The notes beneath the pieces are model-generated. The model was not told the DNA's origin. It saw only the letters and a program-made list of their open reading frames with translations, and searched no databases. This document shows positions 1-8,317 of a stretch of DNA of 24,069 bases, piece after piece (position 1 is the stretch's first letter; each line of letters begins with the position of its first letter). This DNA comes from a virus (taxonomy: Duplodnaviria > Caudoviricetes). The stretch spans positions 1 to 24,069 of IMG/VR virus record IMGVR_UViG_3300036784_000085; one strand, 5' to 3'. A program made the position numbers and the translations under genes.

Positions 1-32
1 TGTGCGGGTCTCCGGGGGTTGTGCTATCCCTA

Positions 33-578
33 CTAGCAGGTTGCGCCGGTAGCTACGTAGTAGCCCGACACGTCGAAGATCACACGCACCGATCCCGTGT
101 GGTTGTACCCTGCGATCAGACCCGAGCCGTCAGGCGTCGGAGGTGTGTCCGTGTAGCCCACGCCGACCGAGAACGTCGTTGTCTCGGTCGGAGCACCTGC
201 GTTGGCTGTCACCTGGTTCGTCGCGGGCACGTCACTGTAGGTGGGCATCCTGCCTGCGGCTGGCCAGAACGTCAGGTACGTGTTCCCCGTCGCTCCCAGA
301 TACGTCACGTTCACCTGGACCGCAGTCGCCGTCGTCGGAGCGATCTGCGTTCCGTTCACGTTCAGCATCTCGACAACCGTGAGCTGGTTGGGAGACCACG
401 TCGTGTCGTTCACACGAACTGCCTGCGGCAACGCACAGAACTGCGAAGCCGTAGTGGTGTAGGCGTTCGGAGTGACAGTCGCCGCGGGCTGGTGGTTGGC
501 GGCATACGCCGCTCCACCAGCGAGCAGCATCACGAATGTGATGACTGCCGCAACGAACGTGTAGAGCTTCTTCTTCAC
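33..578 (-). CDS. Secreted/surface protein with signal peptide and actinobacterial-type beta-rich cell-surface domain
   Basis: MKKK + hydrophobic stretch + AYA-A cleavage site; ATAVQVNVT..YLTFWPA..YN..GSVRVIFDVSGYY pattern; GAAGGAG RBS and GTGA overlap with the upstream gene. Confidence 0.75.
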   Translation of the reverse strand: MKKKLYTFVAAVITFVMLLAGGAAYAANHQPAATVTPNAYTTTASQFCALPQAVRVNDTTWSPNQLTVVEMLNVNGTQIAPTTATAVQVNVTYLGATGNTYLTFWPAAGRMPTYSDVPATNQVTANAGAPTETTTFSVGVGYTDTPPTPDGSGLIAGYNHTGSVRVIFDVSGYYVATGATC

Positions 579-817
579 CTGTTCTCCTTCTTTTCCCCGG
601 AGCTGGTTGCCTCGGGAGTCTTGTATAGGAAGCCCGTGAAGCGTTCACCCTTGAGCCAGATGCTGACCAGGCGCTTGTCCAGATGTCCAGCGCTCTTGAT
701 TAGCCTTCCGGCGTGAACTTCGTACTCGGGGTTATCCTCGTGGTCCCGTACGATTTCGTCGTACTCCATGTAGCCACTGAACGTAGGCCACTGGTTTACT
801 TCAGAAGATTCAGCCAT
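575..817 (-). CDS. Hypothetical protein (~80 aa)
   Basis: Fills the gap between coupled genes; start trimmed to ATG 817 (MAESS), alternative ATG 769. Confidence 0.6.
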   Translation of the reverse strand: MAESSEVNQWPTFSGYMEYDEIVRDHEDNPEYEVHAGRLIKSAGHLDKRLVSIWLKGERFTGFLYKTPEATSSGEKKENR

Positions 818-1347
818 CGTCGATCTCCCATCGTGAAAGTCATATGCTGCAACAGATGCCTGCACGCATCCATCGCATGCCGAAAGTCTGGTGCGTAGAG
901 GTTCAGCTTCTTCAGCTTGTCGTCCGTCCAGAAGGATCCACCTTCCTTCTTCGAAGTCACCTGAGAAGCGGTCTCCCAGAATACCCACTGCCTGCCGGAG
1001 AAGCACGGAGTGTCGCTTACATCCTGCTCGAACATCTTCACCACGCCGACGAGCTCGCACGCGACAAGCTCTTTGTCCATTCCGCGGTTCTGGAATGACT
1101 CACACACCACACGGGTGTTATGTGTCAGTGAGCGCTGAAGAAAGTCGTACAGCTCTTTGTAGTGAGGCTCAGGACCTATCTGTCCCAGTAGAATCGCTGC
1201 AGGCAGAGGGAAGCGGCTGTCGATCCATTCCAGCTGGCCGTACGGGTTGATGAGTACTTCCTGCCTGAACTGCGCCCAACCTGTCGTTCCGCCGGGATCG
1301 AGTGCGATGACCTGGAACTCGCCTGACCTAATCCCGCTGATGTCCAT
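796..1347 (-). CDS. RuvC-like Holliday junction resolvase
   Basis: RNase H-fold motifs IALDPGGTTGWA, VVCESF and HAMDA; GGAGG RBS before ATG 1347. Confidence 0.8.
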   Translation of the reverse strand: MDISGIRSGEFQVIALDPGGTTGWAQFRQEVLINPYGQLEWIDSRFPLPAAILLGQIGPEPHYKELYDFLQRSLTHNTRVVCESFQNRGMDKELVACELVGVVKMFEQDVSDTPCFSGRQWVFWETASQVTSKKEGGSFWTDDKLKKLNLYAPDFRHAMDACRHLLQHMTFTMGDRRWLNLLK

Positions 1348-1648
1348 GCTTCGCCTCCATCGCACGCTTGGCGAGATCCTCGAGTGGCTCTTGCGTCTTG
1401 TCGCCTAGGAGAAGCGCAGCGATCCTGTCGAAGCGGCTGAACACCTTCGCGGTGGAGATGTCGATCGCTCGCTTGGTTGCCTTCTCCAGCCCTTCAACCT
1501 GTGTCGTGACTTGACGTTCGAAGACCTGGCTGATTTCGTTGTCGATGAACTCCTTTGCCTCCTTCATCGTAGCGCGTAGGTCTTTGATAGCTTCGTGCGC
1601 CTTACGCGTGGCAGCTTCCAGTGCTGCGATCTCCTCCTCAGGCGTCAA
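1328..1648 (-). CDS. Hypothetical coiled-coil protein
   Basis: Helical heptad composition; GGAGG-like RBS; short overlaps with both neighbours. Confidence 0.7.
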   Translation of the reverse strand: MTPEEEIAALEAATRKAHEAIKDLRATMKEAKEFIDNEISQVFERQVTTQVEGLEKATKRAIDISTAKVFSRFDRIAALLLGDKTQEPLEDLAKRAMEAKHGHQRD

Positions 1649-1898
1649 CTTCGGTCCAGGTGGCCAGTCCGAAGCGAAGGTGCGTATGTAGAAGCGTTCG
1701 AAGGATGTCGTCGGCGTTATCTATGCCGAGCAGCGAGTCGTGGTCACGTCCACGCATTGAGCCGTTGAACATGTCGTCTAACGTGATGACGCGCTGTGCA
1801 ACGGTGCCACGCAGGCTGAAGAAGTCAAGTATCCACTTGCGCCTACTAGGATCGAGTACCAGTAGAAAGCGGTTCTCCGGATCCTCCATCATCTTCAT
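1638..1898 (-). CDS. Hypothetical protein (86 aa)
   Basis: GAGGTGG RBS; ATGA overlap with the upstream stop at 1895. Confidence 0.65.
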   Translation of the reverse strand: MKMMEDPENRFLLVLDPSRRKWILDFFSLRGTVAQRVITLDDMFNGSMRGRDHDSLLGIDNADDILRTLLHTHLRFGLATWTEVDA

Positions 1899-2068
1899 AT
1901 GTCCCACCTCTGTTCTGCTCGCCAGGAATCCATGTCCTGGAAGTATGCCGTTCGACGTCCGTGATCCCACGTTAGCGTTCGTAGTGCGAACTCGTGCCCA
2001 CGGATGGTGATTATCTCACCAATCCTCCCTTCCAGCACAGGAGGCTTCTTTCTCCAGGGGAGTTTCAT
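1895..2068 (-). CDS. Hypothetical protein (57 aa)
   Basis: GAAAGGA RBS before ATG 2068; stop coupled to the next start. Confidence 0.65.
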   Translation of the reverse strand: MKLPWRKKPPVLEGRIGEIITIRGHEFALRTLTWDHGRRTAYFQDMDSWRAEQRWDI

Positions 2069-2093
2069 AGCATTCCTTTCTGACAAGATAGTC

Positions 2094-2106
2094 CGTGTGG
2101 GGTTTG
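2094..2106 (+). repeat. 13-bp dispersed motif CGTGTGGGGTTTG, copy 1 (intergenic)
   Basis: Exact match to five other copies. Confidence 0.9.
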
Positions 2107-2143
2107 CTACTGAAGTCCTCGAGTCTACGTGAGTCTAACGTTG

Positions 2144-2185
2144 GAAGGATCATGCCCGTAGTAAAGCTACGAGATCACGGGCTAA
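2144..2185 (+). repeat. Hairpin element A, inverted homologue of 21998-22040
   Basis: 35 of 43 aligned columns identical; stem GCCCGT/ACGGGC. Confidence 0.8.
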
Positions 2186-2228
2186 CTTGCTGCAGACCTA
2201 GCAAAGACTCTGGTCTACACTAAGTCTA

Positions 2229-2699
2229 CTAGCGCTTGGTCCTCTGAGCTTTAGCTCGCTGTTCCCCAGGTGTATTTCTGTAGTCCTTCGGTTGGTATGC
2301 CCCTTGCGCTTGCGGTAGGACCGGAATCTGTTCGAGCTCGTCAGCAATCGAGCGATCCGCATTGAGCTGGTGTTCGATGTCGTCGATCTGTGCCTGGAGG
2401 TCATCGCGCTTGGCGATCAGTACTGCCAATTGTGCTCTTAGCGACTTCTGCTGAGGGTTCGTCATCACGATGTTGTCGGGATCGAGATTCGTTCGATCGT
2501 TGTCCTTGAACTTGACGCGCTCACCCTTCTCCAGCTTGCGGCCTAGCTTCTGCTCCATGATTAGACGGTGGGTGAGATGAAACTTGCCGTCCTTCTTGGT
2601 GTAGTGGTATCCATTCTGCGAAACGTACCAGGAACCCTCCTTCTTGACGCCGTTCTCGTCGGTGTCCAGTTCGTCCCGCATTTCTTCAGCGGTACTCAT
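2229..2699 (-). CDS. HNH_3-like protein, probably nuclease-inactive, with C-terminal coiled coil
   Basis: NGY..HRLIMEQKLGRKL..E.VKFKDNDRTNLDPDNI matches the HNH scaffold, but the usual HH is KF. Confidence 0.75.
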   Translation of the reverse strand: MSTAEEMRDELDTDENGVKKEGSWYVSQNGYHYTKKDGKFHLTHRLIMEQKLGRKLEKGERVKFKDNDRTNLDPDNIVMTNPQQKSLRAQLAVLIAKRDDLQAQIDDIEHQLNADRSIADELEQIPVLPQAQGAYQPKDYRNTPGEQRAKAQRTKR

Positions 2700-2838
2700 C
2701 GTCCTCCTCTTCGTCTTCGTATTCTACTTCGAATCCATCTTCGTCTTCCTCGACGTCGAATGGATTGTACCTCTCGACGAAGCGAACTTGGCGCTCTTCG
2801 TCGCCGTAGTCGAAGTTTGGGTGGAATTGTTGAGTCAT
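2686..2838 (-). CDS. Small highly acidic protein (50 aa)
   Basis: ATGA overlap with the polymerase stop; 21 of 50 residues are D/E. Confidence 0.7.
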   Translation of the reverse strand: MTQQFHPNFDYGDEERQVRFVERYNPFDVEEDEDGFEVEYEDEEEDDEYR

Positions 2839-5186
2839 ACTGGGATCTCCCACTTCTTCAAGTCCCCCCAGGACTCGCCGACCTTCATGTCTACTTCGAA
2901 CGGAACATAATTCGTCCATTGCGCACCTGACGCCACCATTGCGTCGCGAATAAGCGTTGCACCTTCCACGAGGTTCTCCTCCGGGAATTCGCCCGTGAGA
3001 GCGTCGTGAATAGTGAGGCGCAAATGTCCAATGCCTTTGAGTCGCGGACGTACGTCAATAAGCGCACGCAAACAGATGTCCGAGGCTGTTGATTGGGGTT
3101 CGAACGAGAGCGCTTCATTGAGGACGTCCTTCTTGTTCTCCTTCGTAATCAACGTGAAGCGGCGATGGCGACCAAAGGTTGTAACAAGATCCCTTCCGGC
3201 AAGTACCTTCCGCTGAACACGATTCTGCCAATCAACAATTCCTGGGATGAGCTTCTTGAAGGCAGCCACATCCCTTTCAGCTTCGCGAACCGACCATCCG
3301 TACTCCATGGCGATGGAATACGGATCACGGCCATATCCGAGTCCGTAGAAGTAGGCTTTGACTCGTACACGTTCATCCTCACTCAGGTGATCGACGTGAT
3401 AGAGCTTGGTGCCCAGCTCGGTAAACAGGTCGCGATGGGGATCGATGAAGATACTTCGCAGGTATTCATCCTGTGCCAGCGTCGTCATGACGCGACCTTC
3501 AGCTTGCTTGTAGTCTACCTGAACCAGAAGGTTCCCATCCCGTGACACTCGGAACTGTCGTTTGATTCTCTCATCACGGACAATATTCTGAAGGTTGGGA
3601 TTTCGACTTGCGAGCCTGCCTGAAGTTGAACCATGTAGCAGATAGGTTGTGAAGACGCGTCCCTTATAGACACGCTTACGTAGTCCCTTGACGTACGTAC
3701 CGTGACGCTTAGCTTCCCGTCGGTGCTTGAGAAGTTCTGTGACAAATCGTCCAAGTCGACTATCTGGATCGAGTTGGGGGAGGACCGCTGCGAGGGTGTC
3801 CTTCGAAGTATCCTTGATACGAAGGCCGTTATCCTGGAAGAAAGCTTGGAGCTGCTTGGGAGACCTCGGATTGATACCACCTCGCTTGTCGTAGTCTTTG
3901 TCAACAACACCGTCGAGTAGCTCTTCGAGCTGGCCGAGAATATACACGTAGTGGGCATCTAGCTCGGCATTGTGCTTCAGGTCGAACTTGATCCCGTTCA
4001 GCTCCAGGAACATCAGTTCATTGGAAGCCGCAACGAGAAAATCGTGAAGTTTTCGAAGCCCAAGCCTTTCCAGTTCTGATTCGTAAATGTCATGGAGCTC
4101 CCAAGTGCAGTCAACATCGTACGCATTGTATCGATAGAGGATCGGCCTTGGGATGGCTGCGTAGTTCTTTCCGGGGCCCAAGTACTGATCCAGTTCTCGA
4201 TCGTACTGAGGAGCTCCAAGTACTTCGACGGCGAGGTACTTGAGACGGTGATTTCCTGGGCGTTCGTCGATACAGTAATGCGCAAGCATCGTATCGAACC
4301 AGAGTCGGAGCTTACCGAGCACTGGATATAGTCCTGAGAGATCGAACTTACCATTGTGTGCGATCAGCTTCTTTCGCCGGAAGAGCTCTGCAATGGCTTC
4401 GTATACGCGTTCAGTCAGACTGTTCTCTCCGAAGATGACAGCCTTCTTCTTCGCGTACTGTACGCCGATGCAGAGCATCTGGAAGTTGTTGGGGTGGTCG
4501 AACGAGACGTCCTTCTCGATTCCACACTCGATGTCAACGACGAGCTTGTCGCTTAGTCCGTGGAGTTGCGCAATGGCCTGAAGCGCACGGTCTTCATCGT
4601 CGACAACGACAAATTCCGGCGGTATCCATTCTGGCTGATTCCGAACGAGCTTTCCGGCGTCGTTGATGAGGGATGGAAAATAATCGCCAGACCGTAGGCA
4701 TGCAGCAGGATGAAACGTAGCAACGAGCTTCTTGCCGTTCCAATCACGCGGTGGACCAACCCGGAGGGAAGTGATCCCTTGCGTTGTGCGTAGGATCGAT
4801 TTGGCTGCGATGTTGCCCAGCGCGAGGACTTCGTCCGCTTCTTCGAGATCCGCGAGGAGGCGCGGGCGACAAGCTTCGACCGCAGCCGCAGGAGGTGTAG
4901 CATTGTCGAGGGGTCGACATAGCGACGCGTTGGTGACGATCGCACTTTGTCGATCAAGTCCGTAATGGTCAAGTACTCTATTGAGGAGCCGACCAGACGG
5001 TCCAATGAATGGCTTACCGGCGTACGCTTCGGCGATCCCTGGCGCCTCACCAACAATTGCGAGGCGATGAGACCCGTCAGGTGTACTTGTTGGGCGCTGT
5101 GTCGGTACATATGCACCTTCCTCGTATAGCGGGCATGACTCGCAGTTCGCGCGAGGGTCTTTCCGTCTTACTGAGTGCGTAGCCAA
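2835..5186 (-). CDS. polA: Family A DNA polymerase with N-terminal family-4-like uracil-DNA glycosylase domain and 3'-5' exonuclease
   Basis: UDG: CESC, IVGEAPG, PFIGPSG, TNASLCRP, EACRP, TFHPA. Exo: DIE, HNGKFD, YNAYD. Pol: SGRLASRNPNLQNI, DYKQAEGR, RVRVKAYFYGLGYG, IHDA. Confidence 0.95.
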   Translation of the reverse strand: MATHSVRRKDPRANCESCPLYEEGAYVPTQRPTSTPDGSHRLAIVGEAPGIAEAYAGKPFIGPSGRLLNRVLDHYGLDRQSAIVTNASLCRPLDNATPPAAAVEACRPRLLADLEEADEVLALGNIAAKSILRTTQGITSLRVGPPRDWNGKKLVATFHPAACLRSGDYFPSLINDAGKLVRNQPEWIPPEFVVVDDEDRALQAIAQLHGLSDKLVVDIECGIEKDVSFDHPNNFQMLCIGVQYAKKKAVIFGENSLTERVYEAIAELFRRKKLIAHNGKFDLSGLYPVLGKLRLWFDTMLAHYCIDERPGNHRLKYLAVEVLGAPQYDRELDQYLGPGKNYAAIPRPILYRYNAYDVDCTWELHDIYESELERLGLRKLHDFLVAASNELMFLELNGIKFDLKHNAELDAHYVYILGQLEELLDGVVDKDYDKRGGINPRSPKQLQAFFQDNGLRIKDTSKDTLAAVLPQLDPDSRLGRFVTELLKHRREAKRHGTYVKGLRKRVYKGRVFTTYLLHGSTSGRLASRNPNLQNIVRDERIKRQFRVSRDGNLLVQVDYKQAEGRVMTTLAQDEYLRSIFIDPHRDLFTELGTKLYHVDHLSEDERVRVKAYFYGLGYGRDPYSIAMEYGWSVREAERDVAAFKKLIPGIVDWQNRVQRKVLAGRDLVTTFGRHRRFTLITKENKKDVLNEALSFEPQSTASDICLRALIDVRPRLKGIGHLRLTIHDALTGEFPEENLVEGATLIRDAMVASGAQWTNYVPFEVDMKVGESWGDLKKWEIPV

Positions 5187-5581
5187 TCAGGATCACCCTT
5201 TGCGCGTGCAAGAACCATCTGCAGGTAGTGTAGCGCCTTCTCGAGGTCTTCGACGCCGTTCTTACCCTTGCAGCGCAAGAGGTACTTCAGTGCGTTACCT
5301 TCGAAGAAGTCCAGATCGTATTCGACGATGATGTCGATCGGTTGGATCTCGTGGCTGTTGTAGTGTGTGCCACCGACCTGCTTGCGCTTCGCGAGGTCGT
5401 CGAGGTTCTCTTCGATCGCCTTCTTGTACTGCTCCGAGGCTTCCTTCGCAAACGGTACAGTGCCGGAAACGCCCGGTGGCATGAGCATGATCGAGTCTGT
5501 ACTACCATTTCCCCGATCACGAAGAATATACTCCTGGCCAGGCTCCATCAGCTGGAACTCCGGAGGGTTCACTTCGTCCAT
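5168..5581 (-). CDS. DUF3310 family protein (T7 gp1.7 nucleotide-kinase-like)
   Basis: QVGGTHY..IQPIDII....DFFEGNALKYLLR...KNGVEDLEKALHYL signature. Confidence 0.85.
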   Translation of the reverse strand: MDEVNPPEFQLMEPGQEYILRDRGNGSTDSIMLMPPGVSGTVPFAKEASEQYKKAIEENLDDLAKRKQVGGTHYNSHEIQPIDIIVEYDLDFFEGNALKYLLRCKGKNGVEDLEKALHYLQMVLARAKGDPDWLRTQ

Positions 5582-6324
5582 TCCTGCATCACCTCCAGGT
5601 TGTGCTTCAGCTGAACAATTCCGAAGTGGAAAGCTTCGAGAGAAAAGTACTCGCCGGGGCGCGAGATATTATCGAAGTGGTCGATGAACTTGCCACAGTT
5701 GGCGTAGTTGTACGGAGCCGATGTATCCACTCCTCGAACTTCCAGTTCAGTGTACACCTCGCGAAAGCGAGATAGTTCGCGGATGCGACGTGGGTTTGTC
5801 CCGAGTAGATGGAGCGCAAAGCGACTACCAAAGCCTTCTCGAATGTGTCGAACAACGCCGACTCGAGCATCGGGCTCACCCAGTGAGTCGCACAGGATTC
5901 GGGGGATCCCAAGGGTGGTAATCCAATCGAGGCGACTATAAAAGTCGACGATCGAACAGACATCTGACCACGTCTGGCCCTGAACAACTCCCATGAACCC
6001 AAACTGGGTGAGGTCACGCTCGTGCCCCTTCAGGTACTTGCCGAAGTCCTCTACCTCTCGCATCGTTCCCAGGGTATCGCCGAGAACGTCTGCTACGACG
6101 ATCTCGTTTACCATCAGATCGAAGGCGATGCCTAGGAGACTGTCGTAGTCAGGCATTAGACCTTCTGCAGCACCGTTGTCCAGAATGACGAAGTCGCCAC
6201 GCTTACGAGCTGACCTGTAGGCCTCCGCATAGCGTTCGTCGGCGATGTTCGGAAGCACGAGCTGGTAGTCGGTCCTGAAGATGTCATCGATCAGGCTAAC
6301 GGGAGGAATCAGTGCGAGCCTCAT
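5569..6324 (-). CDS. TGT-fold transglycosylase, DpdA-like (putative 7-deazaguanine insertion enzyme)
   Basis: ILDNGA (equivalent of TGT DSGG), GVVQG, HLLG and GVDTS motifs in TGT order; adjacent to que genes. Confidence 0.72.
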   Translation of the reverse strand: MRLALIPPVSLIDDIFRTDYQLVLPNIADERYAEAYRSARKRGDFVILDNGAAEGLMPDYDSLLGIAFDLMVNEIVVADVLGDTLGTMREVEDFGKYLKGHERDLTQFGFMGVVQGQTWSDVCSIVDFYSRLDWITTLGIPRILCDSLGEPDARVGVVRHIREGFGSRFALHLLGTNPRRIRELSRFREVYTELEVRGVDTSAPYNYANCGKFIDHFDNISRPGEYFSLEAFHFGIVQLKHNLEVMQEWTK

Positions 6325-6676
6325 TGCCGAACCTTCTCTCGTTGATCGCGCGCTTCTTGTAGTACTCCTCGATCAGGTTGAGTCCGATCAGATCGAATGT
6401 TGCGAGCATGTAGGTGAAGGCGTCGATAACCTCTTCTGCGAACTTACCTCGGACGTCGTCGAGCCAGGTCATGTCGCCACGCTCGATCTTCTTGGCGATG
6501 TTAACCGCCTCGCCTGCCTCAGCTTGCATACAGGCAGCCATGAAGAAGACATTCTTGGCTGTATCCGGAAACCAGCGCTTGCTGTCCTTGCCAGCCTCTT
6601 CCTGCATGTACTGGACTTGTCCCATCAGCTGTGCTCTCTGGAACTTGCCGAGTGGGTGGTTGATCAGGTTAGCCAC
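6296..6676 (-). CDS. MazG-like NTP pyrophosphohydrolase
   Basis: EAGE..N..KK..R and EEVID motifs, C-terminal KR..N..RF; start trimmed to GTG 6676. Confidence 0.85.
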   Translation of the reverse strand: MANLINHPLGKFQRAQLMGQVQYMQEEAGKDSKRWFPDTAKNVFFMAACMQAEAGEAVNIAKKIERGDMTWLDDVRGKFAEEVIDAFTYMLATFDLIGLNLIEEYYKKRAINERRFGNEARTDSSR

Positions 6677-7425
6677 TGTAGGAATTCCACCTTTGCTGTG
6701 CGAGTGTGATCGGCGAACACTCCGGTCATCTTTGCCGTCGTGGTGAGAACTCCTGGCTGCTGTACACCACGCATCGCCATGCACAGATGCTCTGCCTTCA
6801 GGACGATCGCTACACCTTGCGGATCGAGTACCTGCTCGAGGTATTCAGCGATCGTACCGGTGAGCTCTTCCTGTACGTGGAAGCCCTTCGCAAGCATCTT
6901 CACGGTTCGAACGATCTTGCTCAGGCCGGCGATCTTCTTGCCTGGTACGTAGCCAACCCATGCATTGCCGTAGAATGGAATGATGTGGTGAGCGCAGAGC
7001 GTGTAGAACGGAATCGGACCGAGCGTCACCATCTCATCCGACGTTGCGTCGAACGTGGTGAACTTGAACGATTCGCGAGTCGTCAGTTCGCGCAGCATCG
7101 AAACGAAGCGTCCCGGAGTATCAGCCGTGTGGGGTTCGTTCGTGTCTAGGCCGAGGCTGCGCAACAACGCTGTAGCGGCTTCGAGCTCCTCGGTGTTGTC
7201 GCGCGGTATGCGAAAGTTGTTGAAGTTCTCGATGAGAGGAACAGGCACACTGAAGAGTTCAGGAATGTCGTTGCTCACGTAACCCCTCCTTGGATCGTTC
7301 CAGATTTCCTGGTCGGTCATTTCCTCGTACTCTGGAGGCTTCAGGTTGGGGTGTCGCTGGTAGAAACTAGGACCCTGTCCGTACACTGGACCATGATGTG
7401 GTCCTCCGGGTACGAGTGATGCCAT
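6664..7425 (-). CDS. folE: GTP cyclohydrolase I with N-terminal extension
   Basis: DTPGR, LCAHHIIPFYG, GLSKIVR, VQEELT, HLCMAMRGV. Confidence 0.95.
   Translation of the reverse strand: MASLVPGGPHHGPVYGQGPSFYQRHPNLKPPEYEEMTDQEIWNDPRRGYVSNDIPELFSVPVPLIENFNNFRIPRDNTEELEAATALLRSLGLDTNEPHTADTPGRFVSMLRELTTRESFKFTTFDATSDEMVTLGPIPFYTLCAHHIIPFYGNAWVGYVPGKKIAGLSKIVRTVKMLAKGFHVQEELTGTIAEYLEQVLDPQGVAIVLKAEHLCMAMRGVQQPGVLTTTAKMTGVFADHTRTAKVEFLQWLT
7126..7138 (+). repeat. 13-bp motif, one-mismatch copy (CGTGTGGGGTTCG) inside folE
   Basis: 12/13 match, preceded by C as in the two intergenic copies. Confidence 0.6.
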
Positions 7426-7568
7426 CAGACCCGCCTTCCTGTGAAGGGGATGTGCAGGTTACGCTTGAAGAGCCAGACGTATAGTCCTGGCTTGGTGAAG
7501 CCCTTGTCTGCCCAGAAGAACTTGAGTCCGCGTCGCGGTCCTACTCGCTGCATCGGAGACATTGCCAT
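7425..7568 (-). CDS. Small basic hypothetical protein (47 aa)
   Basis: GAGGTG RBS; TGATG overlaps with the queE stop and with the folE start. Confidence 0.65.
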   Translation of the reverse strand: MAMSPMQRVGPRRGLKFFWADKGFTKPGLYVWLFKRNLHIPFTGRRV

Positions 7569-8317
7569 CAAACACCTCGCATACTGTCGAACATGAGGAT
7601 CTGCTGACGCAACGTCAGGTTCCATCCTCGTCGGAGTACTTCGTCGCGGAAGTGACGTGCGTTCCACATTACGTCACCCTTGGTGATACCCTCGGGCATG
7701 ATCCAGATGTTCTCTTGCTCGATTCCACAATGTGACACGATGTCCTGCACCTGCTGGAAGTCATCCGCTGTCTTGCAGACGAACTTGAAGTCGGCACCGA
7801 TATCCGCGAACTTACGAAGTACGACTGGATGATATCGTCTTCCGTATTCGTTCATGGAATGTGCCAGCTTCGGGCTCACGTTCCACTGCATCGTCTGTGG
7901 AAGAACTGTATAGGCGAGACTGTCAGGCGGTGCGATCGTCCCTGCAGTTTCGATCTCGTAGTCGAAGAAGTTACGCTTCGCGAGTTCGAAGAGTAGCTCC
8001 GGAAGTACATTACGTTGCAGTAACGGCTCGCCACCAGAGATGACGACGCGTGCAGTATGAGGTACCAGGTCGGCTACCCTGTTCGCAACTACCTCAGGCG
8101 TGATTCGGTGGATCTCGATCTTGGGATCGTAAGCGGTACGATCACGATGCAGTTGCGCCTTACGGTCGTCGTAGAAGACGGCGTAGGGCGTATCGCACCA
8201 CACGCATGCGAGGTTACACGTCGCGAGCCGAACGAAGGCTGCGAGCTGTCCTCCGTGTCTTCCCTCCCCTTGCCAGGTCGGACCGAAGATTTCATTGACT
8301 AGCAGTTCAGAAGCCAA
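7568..8317 (-). CDS. queE: 7-carboxy-7-deazaguanine synthase (radical SAM)
   Basis: EIFGPTWQGEG, CNLACVWCDT (CX3CX2C), SGGEPLLQ, IETAGT, NVSPK; TTG start at 8317. Confidence 0.95.
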   Translation of the reverse strand: MASELLVNEIFGPTWQGEGRHGGQLAAFVRLATCNLACVWCDTPYAVFYDDRKAQLHRDRTAYDPKIEIHRITPEVVANRVADLVPHTARVVISGGEPLLQRNVLPELLFELAKRNFFDYEIETAGTIAPPDSLAYTVLPQTMQWNVSPKLAHSMNEYGRRYHPVVLRKFADIGADFKFVCKTADDFQQVQDIVSHCGIEQENIWIMPEGITKGDVMWNARHFRDEVLRRGWNLTLRQQILMFDSMRGV

